20,000 nt of DNA from the IMG/VR virus record IMGVR_UViG_3300007216_003109. One strand, written 5' to 3'. The notes beneath the pieces were generated by a model that saw nothing but the letters and a program-made list of their open reading frames with translations, searched no databases and had not been told where the DNA came from. Position numbers and translations under genes: made by a program. Origin of the DNA: an uncultured virus (IMG/VR IMGVR_UViG_3300007216_003109). Its lineage: Duplodnaviria > Heunggongvirae > Uroviricota > Caudoviricetes. Positions 7,301 to 16,215 of this stretch are shown piece after piece (the first letter of the stretch is position 1; every line of letters starts with the position of its first letter).

Positions 7301-8080
7301 TTAATAAAACTTCTGCGCTTTCCAAACAACTCTCACTATACCTGTTGGAGGAAATAGAGGATTATTAATTATATTAATTCTAAAACTAACTTTACCAGCC
7401 CCGTTTACATAATTGTTATCATAATCAGGAACCTCATCATTAAAATATTCTAAATCATAATCTTTATCAGTAACATATGCAACAGGGTAAGCAGTTGTTA
7501 GTGTAAAGGAAGAATTAATACCTGACGGTAATGATATACCGGTGCTACTTATAAGATTTCCTATACCGCTATTAAATAAAATCTTAAAAGAAATGTCCTG
7601 CGCTCCAATCTGAACACCAGCAGGTACAGTTTTTGTGCCCTCAATAAGTTGATTAACAGAACCAAAACCTGATTGAAAAATATGATAGTCAAGAACAGCG
7701 CTACCTGAATCAAAAAACACATTAAAAACGTTTGCAGAAATAGAAGATAATGTGTTGTTAACTGTAGTACTTAAAGAGTTAGTTAAAGAATCATAAACAT
7801 TATAAGCAGATGTAACTACTCCGCTATTAATTGTTAACGAATTAAATACACCACTAGTAGTAATGGTATTTGTATTATTAATAAGTTTAAAACTTAATGA
7901 AGAAAGAATTTGTACCCGAGTTTCGTTTGTATTAAGCTTCAATACATCGACTTGATTTAAAATTTTGTTAAATTGTTGTGAAACATAATTTAAGTTTGCA
8001 GCACTTATTTGTTTTGTGCCTGTAGATGTCTCTACTAGAAAAACATCTAGAGGTGATAGATGCCGTACAATAGTATCCAT
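7301..8080 (-). CDS. Putative virion fibre/structural protein, paralogue of 8080-8820
   Basis: Ser/Thr/Asn-rich. Start preferred at 8080 (MDTIV) because of TAATG coupling to the upstream stop. Confidence 0.6.
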   Translation of the reverse strand: MDTIVRHLSPLDVFLVETSTGTKQISAANLNYVSQQFNKILNQVDVLKLNTNETRVQILSSLSFKLINNTNTITTSGVFNSLTINSGVVTSAYNVYDSLTNSLSTTVNNTLSSISANVFNVFFDSGSAVLDYHIFQSGFGSVNQLIEGTKTVPAGVQIGAQDISFKILFNSGIGNLISSTGISLPSGINSSFTLTTAYPVAYVTDKDYDLEYFNDEVPDYDNNYVNGAGKVSFRINIINNPLFPPTGIVRVVWKAQKFY

Positions 8081-8820
8081 TAGTTTAATATTTTTGTTAT
8101 ATTCCATGCAATTCTTGCAGGAGCTAGAAGCGGTGGTCTAAAAATTGCTCTAAAATAAACTTTACTATTACTATCCACATAATTGTTAGAGGGGCTTTCT
8201 TCAATATAAATTACAGGTATATCAGCAATTCCTGTTGTTACAGCCATATTTGTTAATTGATCTTCTAGCTGATTATTCCACAAATATTTGACATTAATAT
8301 CATTTGTACTCACAAATACACCATTTGGTAAAGAATTACTTCCTCTAATTACTTCTGAATATACAGGAGTATTTGCCCCACCATCAATATTAACTATACC
8401 ACCATCATAAAAAATAACAGGAACCGCAGCACTTAAAGCGTCAAGCTGTTTGTCAAATTCTGCACTTAATCTGTTATAAAACGTTGAAGGTACAACAGCT
8501 GCAGAGGTTATAACACCAGAGTTTATTACTAGATAATTTGCTTCACCTGTTTGGTTTAAACCTGATAAACCATTTACATAAATTTGATCAAAAAATGCTG
8601 ATGTAGCGGAAATTACGTTTAAGATATTAAGATTAGCTGCTGAAATTGTGCCATTAAAAACAACATTGCTTGCTGAGATAGTAACAAATGGTAAGCTAGC
8701 ATAATCAACAAGTGATTCACCTTGTTCAGTTTTAACAACAAAATAATCACCAGGAGCAACCTCTTGAAGCACAGGCAATGCACTTATATTGACAAAATTT
8801 GTATATGTTGTATTTGACAT
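8080..8820 (-). CDS. Putative virion fibre/structural protein
   Basis: ISALP...GDYFVV N-terminus resembles phage fibre attachment segments. Beta-rich, low-charge composition and a late box upstream. Confidence 0.6.
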   Translation of the reverse strand: MSNTTYTNFVNISALPVLQEVAPGDYFVVKTEQGESLVDYASLPFVTISASNVVFNGTISAANLNILNVISATSAFFDQIYVNGLSGLNQTGEANYLVINSGVITSAAVVPSTFYNRLSAEFDKQLDALSAAVPVIFYDGGIVNIDGGANTPVYSEVIRGSNSLPNGVFVSTNDINVKYLWNNQLEDQLTNMAVTTGIADIPVIYIEESPSNNYVDSNSKVYFRAIFRPPLLAPARIAWNITKILN

Positions 8821-8841
8821 TTATATTATTTAATATAAAAT
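8814..8841 (+). promoter_or_regulatory. Sigma70-like promoter of the glycosyltransferase operon
   Basis: TTGACA-N16-TAAAAT, 6 nt before ATG 8848. Confidence 0.65.
8827..8834 (-). promoter_or_regulatory. Late promoter ATTAAATA
   Basis: TAAATA core 6 nt before the minus-strand ATG at 8820. Confidence 0.45.
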
Positions 8842-8847
8842 CATATA

Positions 8848-9630
8848 ATGAAAGAAAAAATAGGTGTAGGCCTAATAACCTATAATAGGCCCGATTTTTT
8901 TGCCAAATGCTATGGTTCTTTACCAGAATACATAGATAATATTATAGTTGTTAATGACGGTAATGAATTTGAATACGACTTCACTAAAAATACTACTGTA
9001 GCACATACAAGAGGTAAAAACGTTGGTTATGCAAAAAATATTGCTATGAAGTATCTGCTTGATTCTGAATGTGATTACATTTTTACTATGGAAGATGATA
9101 TTGAGATAGTAGATAAAGATATTTTTAAGAAATATATAGAGGCATACAAAGTAACCGGTATTCAGCATTTTAACTTTGGCTTTTCGCAAAGAGAAAATCT
9201 TGATCAAAACTTACAGCCTATTTTTCGAAAAGTGGTAGATTACGGAAAACTAAAGATAATACTAACAAAACATATCCTTGGAGCTTTTACTTTTTATACA
9301 AGGACTGCGCTACAATCAACGGGGTTACATTATTATAAGTTTAATAAAGGCCATGGTGATCATCTAGAATTAACTTACAGAGCTTATAAGCTAGGATTCA
9401 CAACGCCGTTTTGGTGGTTTGCGGATATTTATGGCAGCTGGGACATGATTAAAAATTTATCCAACATGGGTGATGATAGTAAAGTGAGAAACAACCAAAC
9501 ATTCTGGACTAACTTTAACGAAGCAAGCAACAACTTCAAATACTTGCACGGTCACGATATTTTTAGTACTCAAGAATTACCTGAAGAAGAAGTAGTAAAA
9601 ATTCTTAAGGATCTTAAAAGTAGAAAATGA
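8848..9630 (+). CDS. GT2-like (GT-A fold) glycosyltransferase
   Basis: ITYNRP, VVNDG, GYAKN, MEDD and GHGDH motifs. Confidence 0.85.
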   Translation: MKEKIGVGLITYNRPDFFAKCYGSLPEYIDNIIVVNDGNEFEYDFTKNTTVAHTRGKNVGYAKNIAMKYLLDSECDYIFTMEDDIEIVDKDIFKKYIEAYKVTGIQHFNFGFSQRENLDQNLQPIFRKVVDYGKLKIILTKHILGAFTFYTRTALQSTGLHYYKFNKGHGDHLELTYRAYKLGFTTPFWWFADIYGSWDMIKNLSNMGDDSKVRNNQTFWTNFNEASNNFKYLHGHDIFSTQELPEEEVVKILKDLKSRK

Positions 9631-10418
9631 GTAAAATAGGAATCGGTATCACTACGTACAATAGTGAAAAATATTTTAAAGATCTTTATGGTTCACTTAA
9701 AGATACAAAGTTTGACGAGCTTGTTGTAGTAAATGGCGGTAATGAATATGGAGAAAAATATGATTGTGAGTGGATACAACACAAAAAGAATCAATTAGTT
9801 TCAGTATGCAGGAATGATTGTATAGTTTTCTTACTCAATAGAAACTGTGAACATATTTTTATAATTGAAGACGATATGTTAATAAAAGATAAAAACGTTT
9901 TTCAAAAATATGTTGAGGCCTCAAATGTTACTGGCTTAAAGTATTTTACTTTTGTAAGTACAAGCCCGGGTGCAGGCGAACCAAGCAATAGAATACCTAA
10001 AGCAACAATTAGTTATAATGATAATGTTAGTATAAGCTTATATGGTAATCTTTGTAACGAATTTACATATCATCATAGATCAGTTTTCGATAAAGGTTAT
10101 TTGTATGATCCAGATTTTAGAGAATTATTAGATGGTGAACTAACTTACAGAGAATGTCTTGCTGCAGAATGGACTCCGCCTTTTTGGTGGTTTCCAGATA
10201 TAACTAATTCAGATAATTACGTTTGTAATAATCCTAATGCAAAAAGCAGATTACAAGACCCTGAAAGAATAGATAATAGAAATAAAGTAATTAATCATTT
10301 TGTAAATTTGTTTTATAAAAAACATGGATTGCACATTGGTCAAATACCTCATGTTTCACAAGAGCAAGTAATAGAGCAATTGAAAAGAATTAAAAATGAA
10401 AATAAGCATAGGAACTAA
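9627..10418 (+). CDS. GT2-like glycosyltransferase, paralogue of the preceding gene
   Basis: ITTYNSE, CRN and IEDD motifs. PFWWFPDI is shared with the upstream gene. Confidence 0.8.
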   Translation: MSKIGIGITTYNSEKYFKDLYGSLKDTKFDELVVVNGGNEYGEKYDCEWIQHKKNQLVSVCRNDCIVFLLNRNCEHIFIIEDDMLIKDKNVFQKYVEASNVTGLKYFTFVSTSPGAGEPSNRIPKATISYNDNVSISLYGNLCNEFTYHHRSVFDKGYLYDPDFRELLDGELTYRECLAAEWTPPFWWFPDITNSDNYVCNNPNAKSRLQDPERIDNRNKVINHFVNLFYKKHGLHIGQIPHVSQEQVIEQLKRIKNENKHRN

Positions 10419-11214
10419 TACTTTTCAAAACTTTCACCGTCAAAATGTTGCGGTAGAATCTTGGTATGAGCTTAGAAACAAATTTGGTATCAATCTTTAT
10501 GATTTTCAATTTAAAGACGAAGAAAACAGTTTTACTAAACATTATGATTTAAATACTTGCTTTACACTTAACAGGAGTAGTAAAGATATTTTAGAGACAA
10601 ATAAAAAACTACCGTATGTAAATGATATTATTTCTAGCTTAGCTAATATAGATGACAGTGATTATTTTATTTTTACTAATAGCGATGTAATTATTATGCC
10701 TAGCTTGATAAAAGAAATTTTAGCTAAACAGCCTGAGTGTATGTCTTGTTCAAGATTAGATATTAATGAAATATCTAATTTTAAAAATTTAAAAGAAGAG
10801 GCATCGCCTGTTAGATGGGAGATTGCAGGTTTTGATACATTTGTCTTTAGAAGAGACTGGTATAGCAAACATAAAAAACTATTTAGAGATTATTTCCTAG
10901 GCAGACCGATATGGGATGTTGTGTATACAGGTCACATGAAACTTAACAGCAAGCATTTTGAACTTGCTAATCATAATCCTCCCCATTGTATGCATTTACA
11001 TCATGGGATTGCAGCATGCACAACAGATACACCGGAGAGAACTTTTAATTTAGAAAATTGTGATAATGATATGAATGACAAATATGCAGTCAGAGTCATG
11101 GGATGCTATATTCATATGTTTCTAATTAATAGGAGTCAGTATGGCAGTTTTCTTGTTCCTTTAGAAGGAGAAAGAAAATTAGAAGAACAATATTTTAATC
11201 ATTTTAGACTATAG
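10396..11214 (+). CDS. Probable GT-A fold glycosyltransferase
   Basis: YFIFTNSDV (DxD-like), SRLD, GFDTFVF and HLHH motifs, within the operon. Confidence 0.6.
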   Translation: MKISIGTNTFQNFHRQNVAVESWYELRNKFGINLYDFQFKDEENSFTKHYDLNTCFTLNRSSKDILETNKKLPYVNDIISSLANIDDSDYFIFTNSDVIIMPSLIKEILAKQPECMSCSRLDINEISNFKNLKEEASPVRWEIAGFDTFVFRRDWYSKHKKLFRDYFLGRPIWDVVYTGHMKLNSKHFELANHNPPHCMHLHHGIAACTTDTPERTFNLENCDNDMNDKYAVRVMGCYIHMFLINRSQYGSFLVPLEGERKLEEQYFNHFRL

Positions 11215-11239
11215 ATATATAATTTTTTTAATATAAAAT
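11212..11239 (+). promoter_or_regulatory. Sigma70-like promoter
   Basis: TAGATA-N16-TAAAAT, 6 nt before ATG 11246. Confidence 0.5.
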
Positions 11240-11245
11240 AGATAG

Positions 11246-12058
11246 ATGAAAATTATTAGGAGTAGAGCTGTAGGCTTTTTTTCTGATTTTTTATCTACTA
11301 TCCGTTTAATTTCAAAATTTGAAAATGAAAATGAACCTTGGTGTGTATACTGGGGACCGGAATCTCTTTATTATGATTCTGAGCAAGGAAGTAATGTGTG
11401 GGATTATTATTTTAAAAGTACTAAAAATCCTATAGGTGCAGATTATATCGCTGATTACCCACCTTTAGTTCTTAAAGAAGGTAAAAATTTTAGAGAATCG
11501 ATGAACTATTATATTGAAAAATATGCAAAGCTTAACTCAACAGTACAGAATATTGTTGACAGCAATATGAAAGGTTTTGAAAAAAATAAAGTTCTTGGGC
11601 TTCATATTCGTAGAACAGATAAGTTTGAATACTATCTACATTATGAACCTGATGTTGCAAAACCAGTTGAGCTCGAAAAAGTACAAGAAGTGGTTGACAA
11701 GCTAATTGAAAAAGACAATTATAGTAAAATCTATCTCGCAACCGACGATAATGAAAGCTATGAGTTTTTTAAACAAAAGTATGACAAGATGATTATAGCT
11801 ATAGATGCATTTCGAAGCTCCGGTAAACAAAGCATTCATATGAATCATAAAAATATTTCTGGCTATAAAAAAGGTTTAGATGCTTTGCTTGATTGTATAT
11901 TTCTATCTAAATGTTCATTCTTAATAAAGAGTTCGTCTAACCTGAGTACTACATCTCAATATTATAATTTGAATTTAAAGCATATTAATGTTAATGAATT
12001 ATTTTGTAATGATACAAGAGAACACGAGATAGGTCTTTATTCTGAAAAATATGACTGA
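11246..12058 (+). CDS. NodZ/GT23-like GDP-sugar (fucosyl)transferase
   Basis: GFFS, LGLHIRRTDK (motif I), IYLATDD (motif II) and D...LSKC..LI...SNLS (motif III). Confidence 0.8.
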   Translation: MKIIRSRAVGFFSDFLSTIRLISKFENENEPWCVYWGPESLYYDSEQGSNVWDYYFKSTKNPIGADYIADYPPLVLKEGKNFRESMNYYIEKYAKLNSTVQNIVDSNMKGFEKNKVLGLHIRRTDKFEYYLHYEPDVAKPVELEKVQEVVDKLIEKDNYSKIYLATDDNESYEFFKQKYDKMIIAIDAFRSSGKQSIHMNHKNISGYKKGLDALLDCIFLSKCSFLIKSSSNLSTTSQYYNLNLKHINVNELFCNDTREHEIGLYSEKYD

Positions 12059-12938
12059 TACTATAACATTTTTTAATTATTTTCATAATGGTGATCTTCA
12101 TTTCTCTCGCGAGTTTTGTAAAGATATAATGCAACAACTTCCTAATTACAAATTTCAATATTGTCATTCTATGAAGCCTTACGTTCTTGAAGATGTTTGT
12201 GAATTTAAAATGTTAGGCTCAATTCCTGATCCTCACAGTATGGTAACCCCTGTAGAAAATAATCTTTTTGTTAATACCTGGATTGGTCAATCATATGGAC
12301 GTTTTCATCAAATTGAAACACCACATCATTGTGGTATAAACGGCAACTATGCTATGTATACTGAAATTTATGATATGATAAATCGTTTATTAAAAACTAA
12401 TTTAAAGTTGAAGGAAAATAAAAATGAATATATTCCAAATATTAACTTTGATAAAATATCCAATATTAAAGATTTAAAAGTAAACTTTAAAAAGAAACCC
12501 ATCTTATTTTGTAACAACTTATGCCATAGCGGTCAGTCTCATAATTATGATTTAACACCTGTAATAGAGAATATATCTAGCCAAATTAAAGATGAAATAT
12601 TTCTCGTAACAAATAGATATAACAATTATGAATTTACACAACCAAACGTTTTTTATATTGATACCTTTAATTTAAATCAAATTGGTTATTATAGCTTATA
12701 CTGCAAATTGATAATTGGTAGGTCTTCAGGACCTTATTGCTTTACATTAACGAAGAAAAACTTATATGATTCTACCAAGTCATTTATCGGGTTAGGAACA
12801 GATCATGGTGGGGAGAAGGATTTATGTTGGGGCATTAAACCAGCCGGCTTGTGGTTTTATAATTTATCTCCAGACTTGAAAAGTGTTGAAGAGACAATAT
12901 ACTATGGAATTAGTGAACACATCAAAAAGCATTCCTAA
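12051..12938 (+). CDS. Putative GT-B (GT9-like) glycosyltransferase
   Basis: N-terminal HNGDL and C-terminal IIGRSSGP echo the GT9 GD and xGxDSGP motifs. Confidence 0.5.
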   Translation: MTDTITFFNYFHNGDLHFSREFCKDIMQQLPNYKFQYCHSMKPYVLEDVCEFKMLGSIPDPHSMVTPVENNLFVNTWIGQSYGRFHQIETPHHCGINGNYAMYTEIYDMINRLLKTNLKLKENKNEYIPNINFDKISNIKDLKVNFKKKPILFCNNLCHSGQSHNYDLTPVIENISSQIKDEIFLVTNRYNNYEFTQPNVFYIDTFNLNQIGYYSLYCKLIIGRSSGPYCFTLTKKNLYDSTKSFIGLGTDHGGEKDLCWGIKPAGLWFYNLSPDLKSVEETIYYGISEHIKKHS

Positions 12939-13503
12939 TATTTTAGACTATATATGTTTTTTTGAAAAAACATTAGTAGACGTTTCAAATAAAATAAATT
13001 ACAAACAACTAGAAAAATTAGCTAATACACTTGTAACATCAACAGGTAATATATATTTTTCGGGTGTTGGTAAGAATGGAATGCTAGCTGAAAATATATC
13101 AGCAACATTTGCATCTATCGGATTAAAGAGTTTCTTTATAGATCCGACACACGCCTTTCATGGAGACTTAGGTAAAATTAAAGACGGTGATATTATAATA
13201 GGTATTTCCAAGAGCGGTACTACAGAAGAGCTTTTAAGCTTTATTAAACAATTAAAGTTTAAAAACGTATATAAGATTTTAATAACATTTGGACAGATAA
13301 ACGAGCATTTTGATGAAACTATTCAAATTGAAAGGGTTCCCGAACTAGATAAAAATAATATTATACCAACAACATCAATTATAATTTTTAATATTGTATT
13401 ATACTCTGTTGTAGCATACATTGTAGACATTAAAGATATTGATACAAAAGATTTTATTAAAAATCACCCAGGAGGTTATATAGGAAAATATGGTAACAAA
13501 TAA
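12904..13503 (+). CDS. SIS-domain sugar isomerase, arabinose-5-phosphate isomerase (KdsD/KpsF-like, no CBS domains)
   Basis: GVGKNG, AFHGDLG, SKSGTTEE, PTTS and HPGG motifs. Start uncertain (12883 or 12904). Confidence 0.88.
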   Translation: MELVNTSKSIPNILDYICFFEKTLVDVSNKINYKQLEKLANTLVTSTGNIYFSGVGKNGMLAENISATFASIGLKSFFIDPTHAFHGDLGKIKDGDIIIGISKSGTTEELLSFIKQLKFKNVYKILITFGQINEHFDETIQIERVPELDKNNIIPTTSIIIFNIVLYSVVAYIVDIKDIDTKDFIKNHPGGYIGKYGNK

Positions 13504-15013
13504 TGACGTTAATTACATTATTATACAGGCGGGAGGACGCGGAAAGAGAATGGGTAGGTTTTGCGAAAATAAGCCTAAATGCTTACTACCAATAGAAGGT
13601 CAGCCGCTTCTTTTTCATCTCCTTAACACTTATAAAAATAAAAATATTATTATTATAGGGGATTATAAGTTTGATGTACTACAGAAATATGTTAAACTTT
13701 TCTATAAAAATTATGTAACTTTTATAAAGGCTTCTGAATCTGGTACAAGTGCAGGTCTAGAAACAGCATTAATGTTTGTGCCCTATGATACGCCTTTTAT
13801 ATTTACTTGGTCGGATTTATTAATTAAAAATGAGCAAAAATTTACATTTGATAAAGATATATCTGTAGGTCTTACAAACGATTTTGCGTGTAGGTGGAAA
13901 CTTTCAAGCGGTGAATTTAAAAATGAAAAAACATTACAGGATGGCATAGCCGGGTTTTTTGCATTTAAAAATAAAGACAAATTTAAAAATATAGACTGTA
14001 GCAAGTCTTTTGTAAGAGGGTTTCTTACAGATAACTTTAAGGAGAAGAATTCTTTTTATTTACAAGGTGTAGATGAGATTGGGGAAGATTTTAAATATGA
14101 AGAATATATTAAAAATACTAAATGCAGATTCTTTAATGATGTAAAAATAGAAGAAAGTACAGTTATTAAAAAGTGTATTGATAAGAATTATCAAAATTTA
14201 ATTTCGGATGAAATTACCTGGTACAAGTATGTAAGTAAGTATAACTTTAAAAATATACCTAAATTACTAAGTGAAGACCCTTATACCATATCAAGACTGC
14301 CAGGCGAGCACTGCTTTAGTGAGCAGATTAAAAATTTAGATATTAATAGAAAAGAAAATATTCTTTGTAACTATGCATCTTTTTTAAACGATTTGCATAG
14401 CAAAGAAGAAGTTACAAACGAAAATGGAGTTGAAGAATGCAAGAAGCTCTACTTAGATAAAACTATTAGTAGAGTATTTGAAGTAAAAGATTTAATACCT
14501 TTCTTCAATAATGAATATATTAACGTTAATGGAACACTATGTAAGAATATTTTTCATGATAGACATATATCAGAGCTCGAAAAGTATATAAATTGTCTCT
14601 ATACTAACAAATTTAATATTATTCATGGTGATTTAACTTTCAGTAATTCATTAGTAGATGAAAAAGATAACGTATATATTTTTGATCCTCGAGGATCTTT
14701 TGGCACAAGTAAAATATTCGGTGATAAAAAATACGAATGGGCCAAAGTTTATTATTCAGCATTTGGTAATTATGATTCAATTAATAGTAAAAAATTTAAA
14801 ATAACAGTAAGTGACAAGATTGAATATGAATTTGAATCAAATACTTTTGAAAAAGCATCAGAAATTCTTTTTAACTACACTGATATACCTCGACATCAGA
14901 TAAAGCTTTTGCATGCTTTAATTTGGCTATCTTTAACAGGCTATGTAAAAGAAGATGTTGATTCTGTATTATGTTCATTCTATAATGGTTTGTATCTTTT
15001 CGAAAATAGATGA
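13490..15013 (+). CDS. Bifunctional sugar nucleotidyltransferase / APH-choline-kinase-like phosphotransferase
   Basis: N-terminal QAGGRGKRM...KPKCL and WSD. C-terminal RFFN, HGDLTFSN, FDPRG and GD..YEWAK. Confidence 0.85.
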   Translation: MVTNNDVNYIIIQAGGRGKRMGRFCENKPKCLLPIEGQPLLFHLLNTYKNKNIIIIGDYKFDVLQKYVKLFYKNYVTFIKASESGTSAGLETALMFVPYDTPFIFTWSDLLIKNEQKFTFDKDISVGLTNDFACRWKLSSGEFKNEKTLQDGIAGFFAFKNKDKFKNIDCSKSFVRGFLTDNFKEKNSFYLQGVDEIGEDFKYEEYIKNTKCRFFNDVKIEESTVIKKCIDKNYQNLISDEITWYKYVSKYNFKNIPKLLSEDPYTISRLPGEHCFSEQIKNLDINRKENILCNYASFLNDLHSKEEVTNENGVEECKKLYLDKTISRVFEVKDLIPFFNNEYINVNGTLCKNIFHDRHISELEKYINCLYTNKFNIIHGDLTFSNSLVDEKDNVYIFDPRGSFGTSKIFGDKKYEWAKVYYSAFGNYDSINSKKFKITVSDKIEYEFESNTFEKASEILFNYTDIPRHQIKLLHALIWLSLTGYVKEDVDSVLCSFYNGLYLFENR

Positions 15014-15363
15014 ACTTATCTGATCTACCAAAAACATGGATTCTAGACCTAGATGGAACATTATTAAAGCATAATGGCCATAAAGACGGGGAAGAACTAC
15101 TACCTGGAGCTAAAGAATTTATCGATAAAATTCCTAAAGATGATACTGTTTTAATTCTCACTGCACGTAAAAAGAACTATGAGACTAAAACAATATCGTT
15201 TCTTAAAAAGAATAAAATTAGATATGACTATATACTGTTTAATATGCCAGTTGGAGAGAGAATTTTAATAAATGATATAAAACCTAGAGGACTTTTAACT
15301 GCTCACTCTTATAATATTAACAGAAATGAAGGGTTGCAGAATCTTTTAAAGGAGATATTTTAA
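15010..15363 (+). CDS. Capless HAD-superfamily phosphatase
   Basis: DLDGTL (motif I), LTAR (motif II) and LIND. Confidence 0.85.
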   Translation: MNLSDLPKTWILDLDGTLLKHNGHKDGEELLPGAKEFIDKIPKDDTVLILTARKKNYETKTISFLKKNKIRYDYILFNMPVGERILINDIKPRGLLTAHSYNINRNEGLQNLLKEIF

Positions 15364-16193
15364 TGCAATATTTTGTATGTAATTACGGCTTGGGTGATAT
15401 TTTTAATCAAATAATCTATCTTGAATCTAATATGACTAGCAGGTTTAACTTAATTGTTCCAAAGAGAAATTTAGAAGTAGCAAAATTTTTATATAAGAAC
15501 ATAATTACAGAAGATGTAAAGTTTTCAGGCGAAATTCTTCAATATGATTTTCCTACTCATGGCTTTCCAAATCCATCCACAATTGGGTTAGAAGGTTATA
15601 ATTTAAAAATGCACAGTCCAAAGACAGAGCCTCTAGCAAATGTATTAGATGAAAAAAATGTTGTCATAGCTCATGGTGCACTTTGCGGTGCAGAATGGGA
15701 GCCCTTTCAATCACAAAAAATTATTAAAAAGATAAAAAACTATTTTTCAAAAAATGAAGGTGGTAATAAAAAAGCAATATTTTTTACTGAACGAAGCGAT
15801 AATTTTTCTATTGAAAAAAATTTATGGGATACAATTTCACAGACGTTAGTACAAAAAGGCTATAATACTTTTACTAACTTAACAAATAAGCAAGAAGTAT
15901 ATACAAATGAATTTTTAGTCGAGGGGTCTACAGCATTAAAAATGTCACTTTCAGATTTAATAACGCACATTAAAGAAAACAGTAATACTATTTTAATTGG
16001 CCAACGCGCAGGTATTTTTGATATATTAAAATTTACACAAAATCTAAAAATAATTATCTACCCCGAAGAACCCGGCTGGCTTTACCCGGGTTGTAATTTT
16101 GCTAAAGGTAAAGAGTCTGTAAACGTATTTGAAATAGAGCCCCCCTACAGCTATCAAAACGTAATTGACAAGATAAACTATCTTGATTTATAA
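15363..16193 (+). CDS. Putative GT-B glycosyltransferase-like protein
   Basis: N-terminal GLGD and C-terminal IGQRAGIFD, TAATG-coupled to the operon. Confidence 0.45.
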   Translation: MQYFVCNYGLGDIFNQIIYLESNMTSRFNLIVPKRNLEVAKFLYKNIITEDVKFSGEILQYDFPTHGFPNPSTIGLEGYNLKMHSPKTEPLANVLDEKNVVIAHGALCGAEWEPFQSQKIIKKIKNYFSKNEGGNKKAIFFTERSDNFSIEKNLWDTISQTLVQKGYNTFTNLTNKQEVYTNEFLVEGSTALKMSLSDLITHIKENSNTILIGQRAGIFDILKFTQNLKIIIYPEEPGWLYPGCNFAKGKESVNVFEIEPPYSYQNVIDKINYLDL

Positions 16194-16209
16194 GAAATAG
16201 ATTTATAAT
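16183..16209 (+). promoter_or_regulatory. Sigma70-like promoter
   Basis: TTGATT-N15-TATAAT, 6 nt before ATG 16216. Confidence 0.55.
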
Positions 16210-16215
16210 TTAAAT

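Noticed and set aside
8081..8107. Longer start for ORF 7301-8107
   Set aside because: TAATG coupling and alignment with the paralogue favour ATG 8080.
12904..13503. Kdo/LPS biosynthesis interpretation of the A5P isomerase
   Set aside because: No kdsA or kdsB is recognisable in the window, and the neighbours fit direct pentose activation better. Not fully excluded.
16069..16092. Inverted repeat AACCCGG...CCGGGTT
   Set aside because: It is inside a CDS and explained by two Pro-Gly codon pairs.
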